NCBI GenBank assembly: GCA_043810925.1
Contig: JBDRNT010000094.1
Span: 1-64,000, forward strand
From: Candidatus Eiseniibacteriota bacterium
GTDB taxonomy: Bacteria > Arandabacterota > Arandabacteria > Arandabacterales > Arandabacteraceae
Length of the DNA stretch: 64,000 nucleotides
Reading direction: 5' to 3'
The notes under the pieces were generated by a model that had not been told where the DNA came from, ran no database searches, and saw only the letters and a list, made by a program, of their open reading frames with translations. Below are positions 47,468 to 57,120 of the stretch, piece by piece (within the stretch, counting starts at the first letter, position 1; each line of letters begins with the position of its first letter). Both the position numbers and the translations under genes were made by a program.

Positions 47468-50058
47468 AAGCGGATGAGCTACGCAGATTGTTCTTAGAGT
47501 TCTTCAAGGAACGGGGTCACACCGTGGTGCCGAGCGCCTCGCTTGTGCCCGAGGGTGATCCCTCGCTTCTTTTCAATATCGCGGGCATGGTCCAGTTCAA
47601 GCAGTTTTACGCAGCCAGGGGGGAGATCCCGTTCACCAGAACCGCTTCGATTCAGAAGTGCCTTAGGGCTAATGATCTTGAAGAGGTGGGCCGTACGATA
47701 AAGCACCATACCTTCTTCGAGATGCTCGGGAATTTCTCCTTCGGCGACTACTTCAAGGAAGAGGCGATTGACTGGGCGTGGGAGTTCCTCACGGAAGTAC
47801 TCGGGATAGACCCCGGGCGCCTCTATGTCACGGTCTTCAGGGATGACGACGAAAGTGAGAAGCTGTGGGCCGAGCGCATCGGCGTACCCATGAGCCGCAT
47901 CTACCGTCTGGATGAGTGTGACAACTTCTGGGGTCCGGCGGGTCTTACAGGTGCGTGCGGACCCTGCTCGGAGATCCACTTCGATCTGGGCGAGGACATG
48001 GGCTGCGGAAAGGCCGACTGTACGCCCGCATGCGATTGCGACCGCTTCGTCGAAGTCTGGAACCTGGTGTTCCCTCAGTTCTTCCAGAGGGAAGACGGCA
48101 GCCGCGGGCCGCTGGAACGCAGGGGTGTCGATACGGGCATGGGGCTTGAGCGTCTCGCCATTGTGTGCCAGGGTGTTAAGTCCACCTATGAAACCGATCT
48201 CCTTAAGCCCATACGTGACTTCGTCGTGGATGAGGCCGGTCTTGAGACCATGGATGCAATCCAGGAGGTCGGCGCAAGCGTGATCTCCGATCATGCACGG
48301 GCGCTTTGCTTCGCCATAAGCGAGGGAGTGCTCCCGTCCAATGAAGGCCGTGGCTACGTCATACGGCGGATCCTGCGCCGGGCTGTCGTCAAGGCGATGG
48401 AGCTGGGAATCGAAGAAGCGTTCCTGTTCAAGGTGGTCGGCAGGGTGATTGACGTAATGCTGAGTGCATACCCGGAGGTTGCTGAGAACCGGGAGAAGAT
48501 CGCGCTTATAGTAAAGACGGATGAGGAACGCTTCCAGAGGACGCTGGCGCGCGGGATGGCGATATTCAAGGATACCTTAAGTGACCTGGACGCCAGGGGA
48601 GAAAAGACGATTTCGGGAGAGACGGTGTTCAAACTCTACGATACGTATGGCTTCCCGGTTGAGATCACGCAGGAGCTCGCGGGGAACCACGGGCTCGCCA
48701 TCGATCTCGATGCCTTTGAAAGCGAGATGGAAAAGCAGCGCTGCCGCGCACGGCAGGCGAGCCGGATCGGGGCTGATGGCGAGACCGCCGACGATGTGGT
48801 GCGCGCCCCCGATAACTTCGTTGGCTACGATAACCTTGAAGTCCCGACCGTGGTCTCGACGATTACCGGCGAAGGTGAAGAGATCGTAATTGAGCTTGAA
48901 CGAACGCCGTTCTATCCGGAGGGTGGAGGCCAGGTGGGGGACGTTGGAATCCTGGTCGGAAACAGCGGCAGAGGTACGGTCAAGGAAGTGAGATGGCTGG
49001 GCGGAAGCAAGATTGCGCATCGCGTCGTGGTTACCCAGGGAAGCCTCAAGGCGGGTGAGGGTGTCGTCGCGAAAGTGGATGTCGCACGGAGAAAGGCAAG
49101 CCAGCGAAACCACACGGCGACCCATCTTCTGCATGCGGCGCTCAGGTCCGTCCTCGGCGGGCACGTGCGGCAGTCGGGTTCGCTTGTCGGTCCGGACAGA
49201 CTGCGTTTCGATTTCACACACTATGAACCGCTGTCCGATGAGGATGTTGCTGCCATAGAGGACATCGTGAACAGCCGTGTTCTTGACAACATACCCGTCA
49301 GGGCATCAATGGAAGCATTTGAGGATGCAAAGGCGAAGGGCGCCATAGCGTTGTTCGGAGATAAATACGGGCAACAGGTCAGGATGATAGATATCGACCA
49401 GACGAGCTGCGAGCTCTGTGGCGGTACCCATGTCAGGTCAACCGGTGAGATAGGCGGGTTCAGGGTGGTGTCCGAGTCTGGAATCGCGGCCGGCGTGCGG
49501 AGGATCGAAGCGGCGACAGGTGAGGCTGCGATCGCAATCGGCAGGGATGCCGCGAGGGAGCTCGAGCAGATTGCTTCGATTCTCAAGGTGCCGGTCCACG
49601 ATCTCAGCGACGGGGCACGCAAGACCATCGAGAAGGTCAAGGCGCTCGAGAAGGAGGTCTCGGAGCTCAGGCAACGGCTGGCCGGAAGCGAGGTCGACGA
49701 TATACTGGCAAACGTCAAGGATGTCGACGGCATCAAGGTCGTGAGTGCCAGGGTTACGGCCCCGAACGTCGAGATACTCAAGCACCTGACCGACAAGATA
49801 AAAGAGCGGCTGCCCTATGGTGTCGTCTGCGTCGGCAGCGCGGTCGGAGACAGGGCGATCATTGTTGTGGGAGTCGACCCCGCGGTGGCCGAAGAGAAGG
49901 GTGTCAAGGCGTCGCTCATAGCAAAGAAGCTCGGGGAGATGGTGGGTGGAAAGGGCGGAGGCAAGGATACATTCGCCCAGGCGGGTGGCAGAAACGTGGA
50001 CAGTCTGGTTGCCACGCTTGAGCGGTGTGTGGAGGTGGTAGCAGGTCTTGTCAAGTAA
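47464..50058 (+). CDS. alaS: Alanine--tRNA ligase
   Basis: HTFFEMLGNFS, DTGMGLER, NHTATHLLH, CGGTH, GGKGGG. Confidence 0.98.
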   Translation: MKADELRRLFLEFFKERGHTVVPSASLVPEGDPSLLFNIAGMVQFKQFYAARGEIPFTRTASIQKCLRANDLEEVGRTIKHHTFFEMLGNFSFGDYFKEEAIDWAWEFLTEVLGIDPGRLYVTVFRDDDESEKLWAERIGVPMSRIYRLDECDNFWGPAGLTGACGPCSEIHFDLGEDMGCGKADCTPACDCDRFVEVWNLVFPQFFQREDGSRGPLERRGVDTGMGLERLAIVCQGVKSTYETDLLKPIRDFVVDEAGLETMDAIQEVGASVISDHARALCFAISEGVLPSNEGRGYVIRRILRRAVVKAMELGIEEAFLFKVVGRVIDVMLSAYPEVAENREKIALIVKTDEERFQRTLARGMAIFKDTLSDLDARGEKTISGETVFKLYDTYGFPVEITQELAGNHGLAIDLDAFESEMEKQRCRARQASRIGADGETADDVVRAPDNFVGYDNLEVPTVVSTITGEGEEIVIELERTPFYPEGGGQVGDVGILVGNSGRGTVKEVRWLGGSKIAHRVVVTQGSLKAGEGVVAKVDVARRKASQRNHTATHLLHAALRSVLGGHVRQSGSLVGPDRLRFDFTHYEPLSDEDVAAIEDIVNSRVLDNIPVRASMEAFEDAKAKGAIALFGDKYGQQVRMIDIDQTSCELCGGTHVRSTGEIGGFRVVSESGIAAGVRRIEAATGEAAIAIGRDAARELEQIASILKVPVHDLSDGARKTIEKVKALEKEVSELRQRLAGSEVDDILANVKDVDGIKVVSARVTAPNVEILKHLTDKIKERLPYGVVCVGSAVGDRAIIVVGVDPAVAEEKGVKASLIAKKLGEMVGGKGGGKDTFAQAGGRNVDSLVATLERCVEVVAGLVK

Positions 50059-50248
50059 CGACCCGCGAGAGTCGGACATCAGCATCAAGTGTATCTGGAC
50101 GTGCGGACTCTGCAGTGCCGTTTGCCGCGACATGGCGATATCTTACAGGCCGGATTCCGTAGAGGTGGATAAGTCCGTCTGCTCGGGATGTCTTGTCTGT
50201 GTCAAGGTGTGCCCGGCCGGCATGCTGGGGGAAGAGACCTTTGCGTGA
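50048..50248 (+). CDS. Small 4Fe-4S ferredoxin
   Basis: CIWTCGLCSAVC and CSGCLVCVKVCP; overlaps the alaS stop and the GGR start. Confidence 0.8.
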   Translation: MSSNDPRESDISIKCIWTCGLCSAVCRDMAISYRPDSVEVDKSVCSGCLVCVKVCPAGMLGEETFA

Positions 50249-51419
50249 TTTCGATGTCGTTGTAGTTGGGGGTGGATGCTCGGGTCTGTGGGCGGCGAGG
50301 GCGGCGGCCATGGCCGGCGCGAACACGCTGCTCGTTGAGAAAGCCACGCGCATCGGCGAACGTATCGTGTGTGCGGAGGGTGTGGGTGCCGATGGCATGG
50401 CTGAGCTCGTGGATCTTAAGCCCGAATGGGTAGCAACAACCATAGACCGGGTGAATCTGTTTGCCCCCGGCGAGAAAACCGTAGAGTTCACGGAGCAGGG
50501 TTGCGGTTACGTGCTCAACAAGGGGATTTTCCTTCTCGGGCTCTCGCGTATGGCCGCGGAGGCCGGTGTCGAGATGTGGCCGGGGACCCGGGCGACTGCG
50601 GTAAAGGCGCTGGATTCAGGTGGTGTACGGATCGACGTCGAAGCACCGGGCCGTAATCGAACGATAACGGCCGGAGCGGTGGTCGCTGCCGACGGTGTTG
50701 AAGCTTCCATTGCAAGACAGGTGGGGATACATGACGGCCTCCGGGCTGAAGACGTTTTCTCATGCGCGCAGTATACGGTTGCCCCGATCGATGCGGACCC
50801 TCATACGGTGGAATTTCACTTCGGAACGGAAATATCCCCCGGCGGATACGCCTGGGTCTTCCCAAAGGGTGATTCAGTCGCCAATGTCGGTGTCGGTGTC
50901 ATCCCCGGTGTGTCCGCTGATCGTAAGCCCGCCGAATACCTTGAGACGTTTAAGCGTCGTCGTTGTCCGGAATCGAAGATACTCGCTTATGTGGTAGGAG
51001 GGGTGCCGACCGTCAAGGACCCGTCGAGGGCGTCGAAGTCGGGAGTCTTCCTGGCCGGGGACGCTGCGGGGATCACGGACCCGGTCTCGGGCGCGGGAAT
51101 CGTGCCGGGAATGGAGTCGGGGGCCGTGGCCGGTGAGCATGCCGTCAGGTATGCTGCGACCGGCAGTGATGGCCGTGCCGTGGAAAAGGAGTTCGCCGCG
51201 AGCCTCAAATCACTTCTCAAGGACCGGCGCATCAGGTACGCTGTCAGAAAGGTGCTGTCCAATATGGACGATAAGGAACTTGCCAGGATGATCGAGGCCA
51301 CCGGTGAGTATGTGGCCGGCGGCAAGACGATACGGGGCGATCCGTTCCGGCTTGTGAAATTTATGGTCAAGGTAATGCCGAACACGTTTGGGATCATCAA
51401 ACACATTGTGAGGGTCTAA
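50241..51419 (+). CDS. Geranylgeranyl reductase family flavoprotein (digeranylgeranylglycerophospholipid reductase-like)
   Basis: VVVGGG FAD loop, CAEG, AADGVEA, PGGYAWVFPKG, ANVGVG, GDAAG..DP.SG.GI; TTG start at 50241. Confidence 0.85.
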   Translation: MRDFDVVVVGGGCSGLWAARAAAMAGANTLLVEKATRIGERIVCAEGVGADGMAELVDLKPEWVATTIDRVNLFAPGEKTVEFTEQGCGYVLNKGIFLLGLSRMAAEAGVEMWPGTRATAVKALDSGGVRIDVEAPGRNRTITAGAVVAADGVEASIARQVGIHDGLRAEDVFSCAQYTVAPIDADPHTVEFHFGTEISPGGYAWVFPKGDSVANVGVGVIPGVSADRKPAEYLETFKRRRCPESKILAYVVGGVPTVKDPSRASKSGVFLAGDAAGITDPVSGAGIVPGMESGAVAGEHAVRYAATGSDGRAVEKEFAASLKSLLKDRRIRYAVRKVLSNMDDKELARMIEATGEYVAGGKTIRGDPFRLVKFMVKVMPNTFGIIKHIVRV

Positions 51420-51420
51420 G

Positions 51421-52164
51421 GTGAACAGAGTATACGAAGGCATGCTGAAGATGGCTGACGCCAGGGGGGCAGGATACGTGGTCCTTCTCGATCCGGACAA
51501 GTACTCCGCTTCGGAGCTGGGCGGTCAGGCGGAGATGATAAGCACGTATGCGGATCTCATCTTTGTCGGCGGTAGTCTGTGCGTGAGGCACGATTTCGGG
51601 GAGGCCGTAAGAAGCATAAAGGCGGCATCGAGTGTGCCCGTCGTCATCTTTCCCGGCGATTCGACGCAGGTGTCCCCGCATGCCGATGCGTTGCTCTTTC
51701 TTTCCCTGGTGAGCTCACGAAACGCCGATCTCCTGATCGGCGAACATGTGAAGGCAGCTCCTGTCATCCGCCGTCACGATCTCGAAGTGATCCCGGTAGC
51801 CTACATGCTGGTCGAATCCGGACAGACGACATCGGTGCAGTATATGAGCCAGTCCCTTGCGATTCCGAGGGGAAAGCCCGAGATAGCCATGGCCCATGCC
51901 CTGGCCGGTGAGTATCTGGGAATGAAGCTCGTGTTTCTTGAAGCGGGAAGCGGTGCGGACCGGCATGTGCCCGTGGAGATGGTCCAGGCCGTGAGCGACT
52001 ATGTCTCCATCCCGGTGATCGTAGGAGGCGGAATAAAGACTCCCGACGATGCCAATCGGGTTGCCCGGGCGGGGGCCTCATTTGTCGTTACGGGTGATGT
52101 CATAGAGAAAAGCGGCAACGCAGAGACACTCAAGGAATTCACTGCTGCGGTTCATTCAGCATGA
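51421..52164 (+). CDS. Geranylgeranylglyceryl phosphate synthase (GGGPS/PcrB family, group II-like)
   Basis: LLDPDK, FVGGS, IFPG, ADALLFLSLVSSRN, LEAGSGA, VGGGI, VVTG. Confidence 0.9.
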   Translation: MNRVYEGMLKMADARGAGYVVLLDPDKYSASELGGQAEMISTYADLIFVGGSLCVRHDFGEAVRSIKAASSVPVVIFPGDSTQVSPHADALLFLSLVSSRNADLLIGEHVKAAPVIRRHDLEVIPVAYMLVESGQTTSVQYMSQSLAIPRGKPEIAMAHALAGEYLGMKLVFLEAGSGADRHVPVEMVQAVSDYVSIPVIVGGGIKTPDDANRVARAGASFVVTGDVIEKSGNAETLKEFTAAVHSA

Positions 52165-52177
52165 ACGTGGAAAGGAG

Positions 52178-53251
52178 TTGGTCAATACGAAAGCCCTAAT
52201 CCTGAGCGGCGGCAAAGGTACCAGATTGCGTCCCATAACACACACGAGTGCCAAGCAGCTCGTGCCGGTTGCCAACAAGCCCATCCTCTTCTACGGGATC
52301 GAGGCCATACGTGAGGCAGGCATAACCGATATCGGTATTATCGTCGGGGACACCGCCGGCGAGATCAAGGCCGCTGTCGGTGACGGCAGCAAGTTCGGGG
52401 TGACGACCAGCTACATCCAGCAGGAAGCGCCGCTGGGGCTTGCCCATGCGGTGAAGATAGCGCACGACTTCGTGGGGAAGGACCGTTTCATAGTCTATCT
52501 CGGAGATAATCTTATAATCGACGGTATCAAGGACTTCGTCCACAGATTCGAGGCCAATTCGCCCGACTGCCAGATACTGCTGGCACATGTACCGAACCCA
52601 CAGAACTTCGGTGTGGCCGAGCTGTCAGGCGACAGGGTCGTGAAACTCGTTGAGAAACCAAAGCAACCCAAGACCGATCTCGCCCTGGTCGGAGTCTATA
52701 TGTTCGATGAAAGCGTGTTTGAGGCTACCGACAATATCAAGCCGTCATGGCGGGACGAGCTCGAGATAACCGATGCCATACAGTATCTGATAGAGAAGGG
52801 TTCAGACGTGCAGTTTCAGATAATAAGCGGCTGGTGGAAAGACACCGGGAAGCTCGAGGACATGCTTGAGGCGAACCGGATGCTGCTTGAGCGGCTGAAG
52901 ACCAGGATCGACGGGGAGGTCGATGACGGGTGCAAGATGGATGGCGTCGTGATCGTGGAGAAGGGGGCCAGGATAACCAACTGCACGCTCCGGGGGCCGC
53001 TGATAATAGGCGAGGGAGCGACGATAACCGATTCGTACATAGGTCCCTTTACGTCGATCAACTACGGTGTAGAGATCCGCGGCAGTGAGATCGAGCACAG
53101 CATCGTGCTTGAGAACAGCCGGATCTTTGACGTCGGCGGAAGGATCGAAAGCAGTCTGGTCGGCAAGAACGTTCTGATCGAGAAGCGTGCCAAACCGCCC
53201 AGGGCCTACAGGTTCATGGTGGGCGACTACGGCCAGATCGAGCTTCAATAG
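52178..53251 (+). CDS. rmlA: Glucose-1-phosphate thymidylyltransferase, long form
   Basis: GGKGTRLRP, KQLVPVANKP, LGDN, ELEITD, WKDTG, C-terminal hexapeptide repeats. Confidence 0.92.
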   Translation: MVNTKALILSGGKGTRLRPITHTSAKQLVPVANKPILFYGIEAIREAGITDIGIIVGDTAGEIKAAVGDGSKFGVTTSYIQQEAPLGLAHAVKIAHDFVGKDRFIVYLGDNLIIDGIKDFVHRFEANSPDCQILLAHVPNPQNFGVAELSGDRVVKLVEKPKQPKTDLALVGVYMFDESVFEATDNIKPSWRDELEITDAIQYLIEKGSDVQFQIISGWWKDTGKLEDMLEANRMLLERLKTRIDGEVDDGCKMDGVVIVEKGARITNCTLRGPLIIGEGATITDSYIGPFTSINYGVEIRGSEIEHSIVLENSRIFDVGGRIESSLVGKNVLIEKRAKPPRAYRFMVGDYGQIELQ

Positions 53252-53256
53252 GAGGG

Positions 53257-54126
53257 GTGACCTTGAGGGTACTCGTAACGGGCGCAAGGGGCATGCTTGG
53301 GTCCGACATGTGCGAGGTGCTCGGAACCGACTATGAGGTCACACCGTACGATATTGAGGACTTCGACATCGTCGACCTGGAGCCCACGCTGGCAGCCGTT
53401 CGCAAGGTGTCACCACAGGTGATAATCCACCTCGCGGCTCTCACCGATGTGGATGCGTGCGAAGACGATCTTGAAAAGGCGCTGAACGTCAATTCCGTGG
53501 GCGCAATGAATGTCGCGATGGCGGCCTCCGAGGCCGAAGCCTATCTTGTCTACATCAGCACCGATTACGTATTCGACGGTACCAAGGGGGAGCCCTACGT
53601 CGAGACCGATGTGCCGAATCCCATCAATCACTATGGTCTTTCGAAGCTCCGGGGTGAACGCCACGTGCAGGACCTTGTTGCCAGACACCTTATCGTGAGG
53701 ACTTCATGGCTCTTCGGTCCCAACGGCAGGAACTTCATCGACACCATCGTCGCGCGGGCATCCGGCGGCGGCGCGCTTGAAGTCGTCAATGATCAGAGCG
53801 GCTCGCCCACCTATACACTGGATCTGGCCCGCGGCATACGTCAGGCTTTCGAGCGCGAGGTCGAGGGACTGCTCCACATGACAAACACAGGTGTGGCTAC
53901 GTGGTTTGACTTGGCGTCCTATGCGGTCGGGCTCGCGGGTATCAAGACGGAAATAAACGCCGTTTCGAGTGCGGAGTATCCGACCAGGACGAAGCGACCG
54001 CCTTACTCGGTTCTTAAGAGTGCTGTCGGCGAAGCGGCGGGCATTGACCTGCTGCCCTGCTGGCAGGAGGGCGTCAGGGATCATCTTCGCAGAAAGAAAC
54101 TGCTCAAAGAGGGGGCGGCCAGGTGA
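53257..54126 (+). CDS. rmlD: dTDP-4-dehydrorhamnose reductase
   Basis: TGARGMLG, STDYVFDG, YGLSK, DQSGSPT, RPPYS. Confidence 0.93.
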   Translation: MTLRVLVTGARGMLGSDMCEVLGTDYEVTPYDIEDFDIVDLEPTLAAVRKVSPQVIIHLAALTDVDACEDDLEKALNVNSVGAMNVAMAASEAEAYLVYISTDYVFDGTKGEPYVETDVPNPINHYGLSKLRGERHVQDLVARHLIVRTSWLFGPNGRNFIDTIVARASGGGALEVVNDQSGSPTYTLDLARGIRQAFEREVEGLLHMTNTGVATWFDLASYAVGLAGIKTEINAVSSAEYPTRTKRPPYSVLKSAVGEAAGIDLLPCWQEGVRDHLRRKKLLKEGAAR

Positions 54127-54713
54127 CAGACCGGGAATGGATCAGTGATTCACTTCGAGCGGCAAGCGAGGTCTTTGCCGAGACCGCCGCGTCGTGTCGG
54201 GATGAGATTGCGGCGGCCAGCCGGGCCGCGGCAGAGTGTATCAAGGCCGGCGGGAAGCTCATGCTGTGCGGCAACGGCGGGAGCGCGGCAGATGCCCAGC
54301 ACATCGCGGCTGAGATGACGGTCAAGATGAAACGGGTGAGATCTCCTTTGCCGGCGTTTGCCCTGACCACCAACACATCGCTTCTTACGGCGCAGGCAAA
54401 TGATCTCGGCTTCGATACGGTCTTCTCACGGCAAATCGAATCTCTTGGCCGTGAAGGCGATGTGCTTATCGCGATCAGCACGAGCGGGAACTCGCCTAAC
54501 ATCTTGCGGGGTGCCGAGACGGCCCGGGATATGGGAATCAAGGTTGTGGGTCTGACCGGGCGTGACGGGGGCAAGCTGGCCCCCATGTCCGATATCGCGA
54601 TCTCCGTGCCTTCAGACGATGTCCCGAGGATACAGGAGGCCCATATCGCAATTGGTCATCTTATCTGTGAATTTGCAGAGAACACTTTCTTCCCGGACAG
54701 CCCCGGTGTTTGA
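54123..54713 (+). CDS. gmhA: Sedoheptulose-7-phosphate isomerase
   Basis: CGNGGSAADAQH, ISTSGNS, RIQEAH. Confidence 0.93.
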   Translation: MTDREWISDSLRAASEVFAETAASCRDEIAAASRAAAECIKAGGKLMLCGNGGSAADAQHIAAEMTVKMKRVRSPLPAFALTTNTSLLTAQANDLGFDTVFSRQIESLGREGDVLIAISTSGNSPNILRGAETARDMGIKVVGLTGRDGGKLAPMSDIAISVPSDDVPRIQEAHIAIGHLICEFAENTFFPDSPGV

Positions 54714-56056
54714 TCCCGTCTTCGGAAGATGAAATCCTTACGCATGATGTCCGACCGCATACTGCACCGACGGTTTGCGCAGACAGTGGGGGGTGTGTGA
54801 GAAGACTCCGGGAATTGCTGTTAAGTCGCGGATCGCGTGACTATGTGCTGACCACCGGTACCAGATTCGGGGTACTTGGTCTTACTCTTCTTTCCAACAT
54901 AGTGATCACCAGGACTGTGGGTGCTGAAGGCAGGGGACTCTATGCACTGGTCAACAACACGATTCTGCTGGGTGCTCTTGTGGCCGGCCTGGGGTCCGAT
55001 GAGGCAGTTGCCTATTTCGTGGCGCGTGATAAGGACCTGCGATCCAGGACTGTCGGCAACGCGCTTCTGATCGGGCTGTCGGGCGCACTTGTACTCACCT
55101 TGCTTGGTGTGGTATTCCGCGGTGCTCTTCCCGGCGTGCTCCGCGGCCTTCCATCGACCGCAATAATGATCGCCGCACTTGCGCTGATGCCCACTGTGGC
55201 GGCGCGGATATTCAGGACGAACCTGCAAGGGGTCCGGGATTTCAAGTCTTACAACATCTCGCTTGCAGCCAGGCCTGCCCTGATCCTGATTTACTGCTCG
55301 GGCGGGCTCCTGATGCTTCAGCTCGGCCAGCGCGGGATCCCCATTATTCTCCTGCTCGTAGCGGTCTCCGAACTGGCTGTTTCCGGTAGCCTGGCACGCA
55401 GGCACGTCCGCCCTCGGCTCAGGACTTCTGTTGAGCGGATGAAGAGTCTGATGTCTTACGGTCTGCGGGCGCAGGCAAACGTGATTTTGCAGTTCGTCTC
55501 CATCCGGGCCGGTATCTTCCTGCTGGGCTACTTCAGGAGTCCGGAAGACGTCGGAGTCTATAGCGTGGCTGCCGCGCTGGCCGAGATCCAGCTCTATCTG
55601 CCGTCGGCAGTCGGCTGGGTGTGGATGCCCAAGGTGGCGAGTCAGCCGTTCAAGCATTCGGTAGACGGCACCAGACAGCTGATCATCAAGGTGCTTCCGA
55701 TGCTCTTCCTGACGGCGGTACTGCTGGCCTTGGCCGGATCGTGGCTCCTGCCTGCGGCCTTCGGTACGAAATTCGCTGATTCTTATGTCCCGATGCTGAT
55801 CTTGCTGCCGGGGTGCACACTGTTGGGTTTGGCGACCATCATGTTCAGGTTCTTCGCGGGGATCGGAAAACCTCACCTGACAACGTTTGTCAGCCTCGGT
55901 GGTCTTGCCGCGATTGCTGTGACTCAGGTGTTGCTGATTCCCGCCTGGGGAGCTAACGGTGCTGCGGCCGGATCCTGCCTGGGCTATGTATGTGTATTCG
56001 CAGCTGCTGCCGTGGTGTTCATGAAGACCTCGAGGAACGTTCGTACTCGTGATTGA
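54710..56056 (+). CDS. Wzx-like oligosaccharide flippase (true start possibly GTG 54797)
   Basis: R..GAEGRGLY, VGVYSVA, P..GANGAA; many TM helices. Confidence 0.85.
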   Translation: MIPSSEDEILTHDVRPHTAPTVCADSGGCVRRLRELLLSRGSRDYVLTTGTRFGVLGLTLLSNIVITRTVGAEGRGLYALVNNTILLGALVAGLGSDEAVAYFVARDKDLRSRTVGNALLIGLSGALVLTLLGVVFRGALPGVLRGLPSTAIMIAALALMPTVAARIFRTNLQGVRDFKSYNISLAARPALILIYCSGGLLMLQLGQRGIPIILLLVAVSELAVSGSLARRHVRPRLRTSVERMKSLMSYGLRAQANVILQFVSIRAGIFLLGYFRSPEDVGVYSVAAALAEIQLYLPSAVGWVWMPKVASQPFKHSVDGTRQLIIKVLPMLFLTAVLLALAGSWLLPAAFGTKFADSYVPMLILLPGCTLLGLATIMFRFFAGIGKPHLTTFVSLGGLAAIAVTQVLLIPAWGANGAAAGSCLGYVCVFAAAAVVFMKTSRNVRTRD

Positions 56057-57120
56057 TATCGCTCAAGCGAAAACCGCGAGAGGGCGGTCCGGCGGGCTTG
56101 TCCACCGATTCTGCGCCTGAGGTCGGGGTCTGCAAGGGATTTCAGGACCTCGACAGAGCGCTGGATGTCCCCAGGCGGCACTATGAAGCCGTCCGAGGCG
56201 TCTGTGATGATCTCTCGCATCGGTTCCACGTCCGAGACCACGGTCGGCAGTCCCGATGCCATGGATTCAAGCACTGCGCGTCCAAAACCCTCTGCACGCA
56301 CGAAGGGCAGGAGACATATGTCAAGGGGGCCATAGAGCATCGACCGGTCCGCTGTCGGCTTCCTGAGTATGACGCTGGTCCTGCTGTGCGACCGTGCTAT
56401 CGTTTCCTTTACTTCTTCAAGATAGGCGGCATCCCCCGGCTGCCCTGTTATAACAAAGACAAACCGGTCGTCGTCCAGGCACCCTGCGGTCTCAATGAAT
56501 CCTTCCAGACCCTTATGAGGCGCAATTCGCGATACCATGCCGACCAGTACACGGCCGGCCGGCAGGGACCGGCACCGCCTTGATTCCGATTTCTCATCTG
56601 CACCCGGGGCCTGCATCACGTTCGTGTCAATACCCGGAGGAATCGTCACCAGGGGACACCGAAGATAACCGGTGAATGCACGTTTCTGCGCATCTGAAAG
56701 GACTGCAGCCTGTCTGATGTACCTGGAAAGAAACGGCAGCAATCGTCCTATCCTGGTTATCGTCGGTGTGTAGTCCAGCAGGTACCAGCCGACCCTTGCT
56801 CTTGTCAGCATCGCGATCAAACCGCCGGCCAGGTGTCCCCTCAGATTCATCGTTATGACGCAATCCGGTGATTCACGGATGACTGTTGCTGTAAGTGCAA
56901 GAGTTTCATATATCGTAAGCAGGAGTCTCCCGATAGGTCTGTACGGCTTCGCAGGAAGTCTCAATTTGATCAGGCGGATGTCATCGCCGACGCTTGCGAG
57001 CGGGCTCGACGGGGCATATACGACGACCTCGGCGTCCCGCCCGGCAGCGGCGGCGAATTCAGCCAGAGACCTTTTCGTGCCGCCGAGTACCGCGGAGTCC
57101 TCGAAAATCAGAATCTTCAT
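55984..57120 (-). CDS. Glycosyltransferase family 4
   Basis: PPGID, RIAPHKG, EGFGRAVLESMASGLP; start at MKIL (57120). Confidence 0.9.
   Translation of the reverse strand: MKILIFEDSAVLGGTKRSLAEFAAAAGRDAEVVVYAPSSPLASVGDDIRLIKLRLPAKPYRPIGRLLLTIYETLALTATVIRESPDCVITMNLRGHLAGGLIAMLTRARVGWYLLDYTPTITRIGRLLPFLSRYIRQAAVLSDAQKRAFTGYLRCPLVTIPPGIDTNVMQAPGADEKSESRRCRSLPAGRVLVGMVSRIAPHKGLEGFIETAGCLDDDRFVFVITGQPGDAAYLEEVKETIARSHSRTSVILRKPTADRSMLYGPLDICLLPFVRAEGFGRAVLESMASGLPTVVSDVEPMREIITDASDGFIVPPGDIQRSVEVLKSLADPDLRRRIGGQARRTALSRFSLERYQSRVRTFLEVFMNTTAAAANTHT

Noticed and set aside
54821..55876. Long antisense ORFs (also 30252-31268, 11635-12453, 47494-48294)
   Set aside because: Shadow frames of well-supported genes in GC-rich DNA, with no recognisable motifs.
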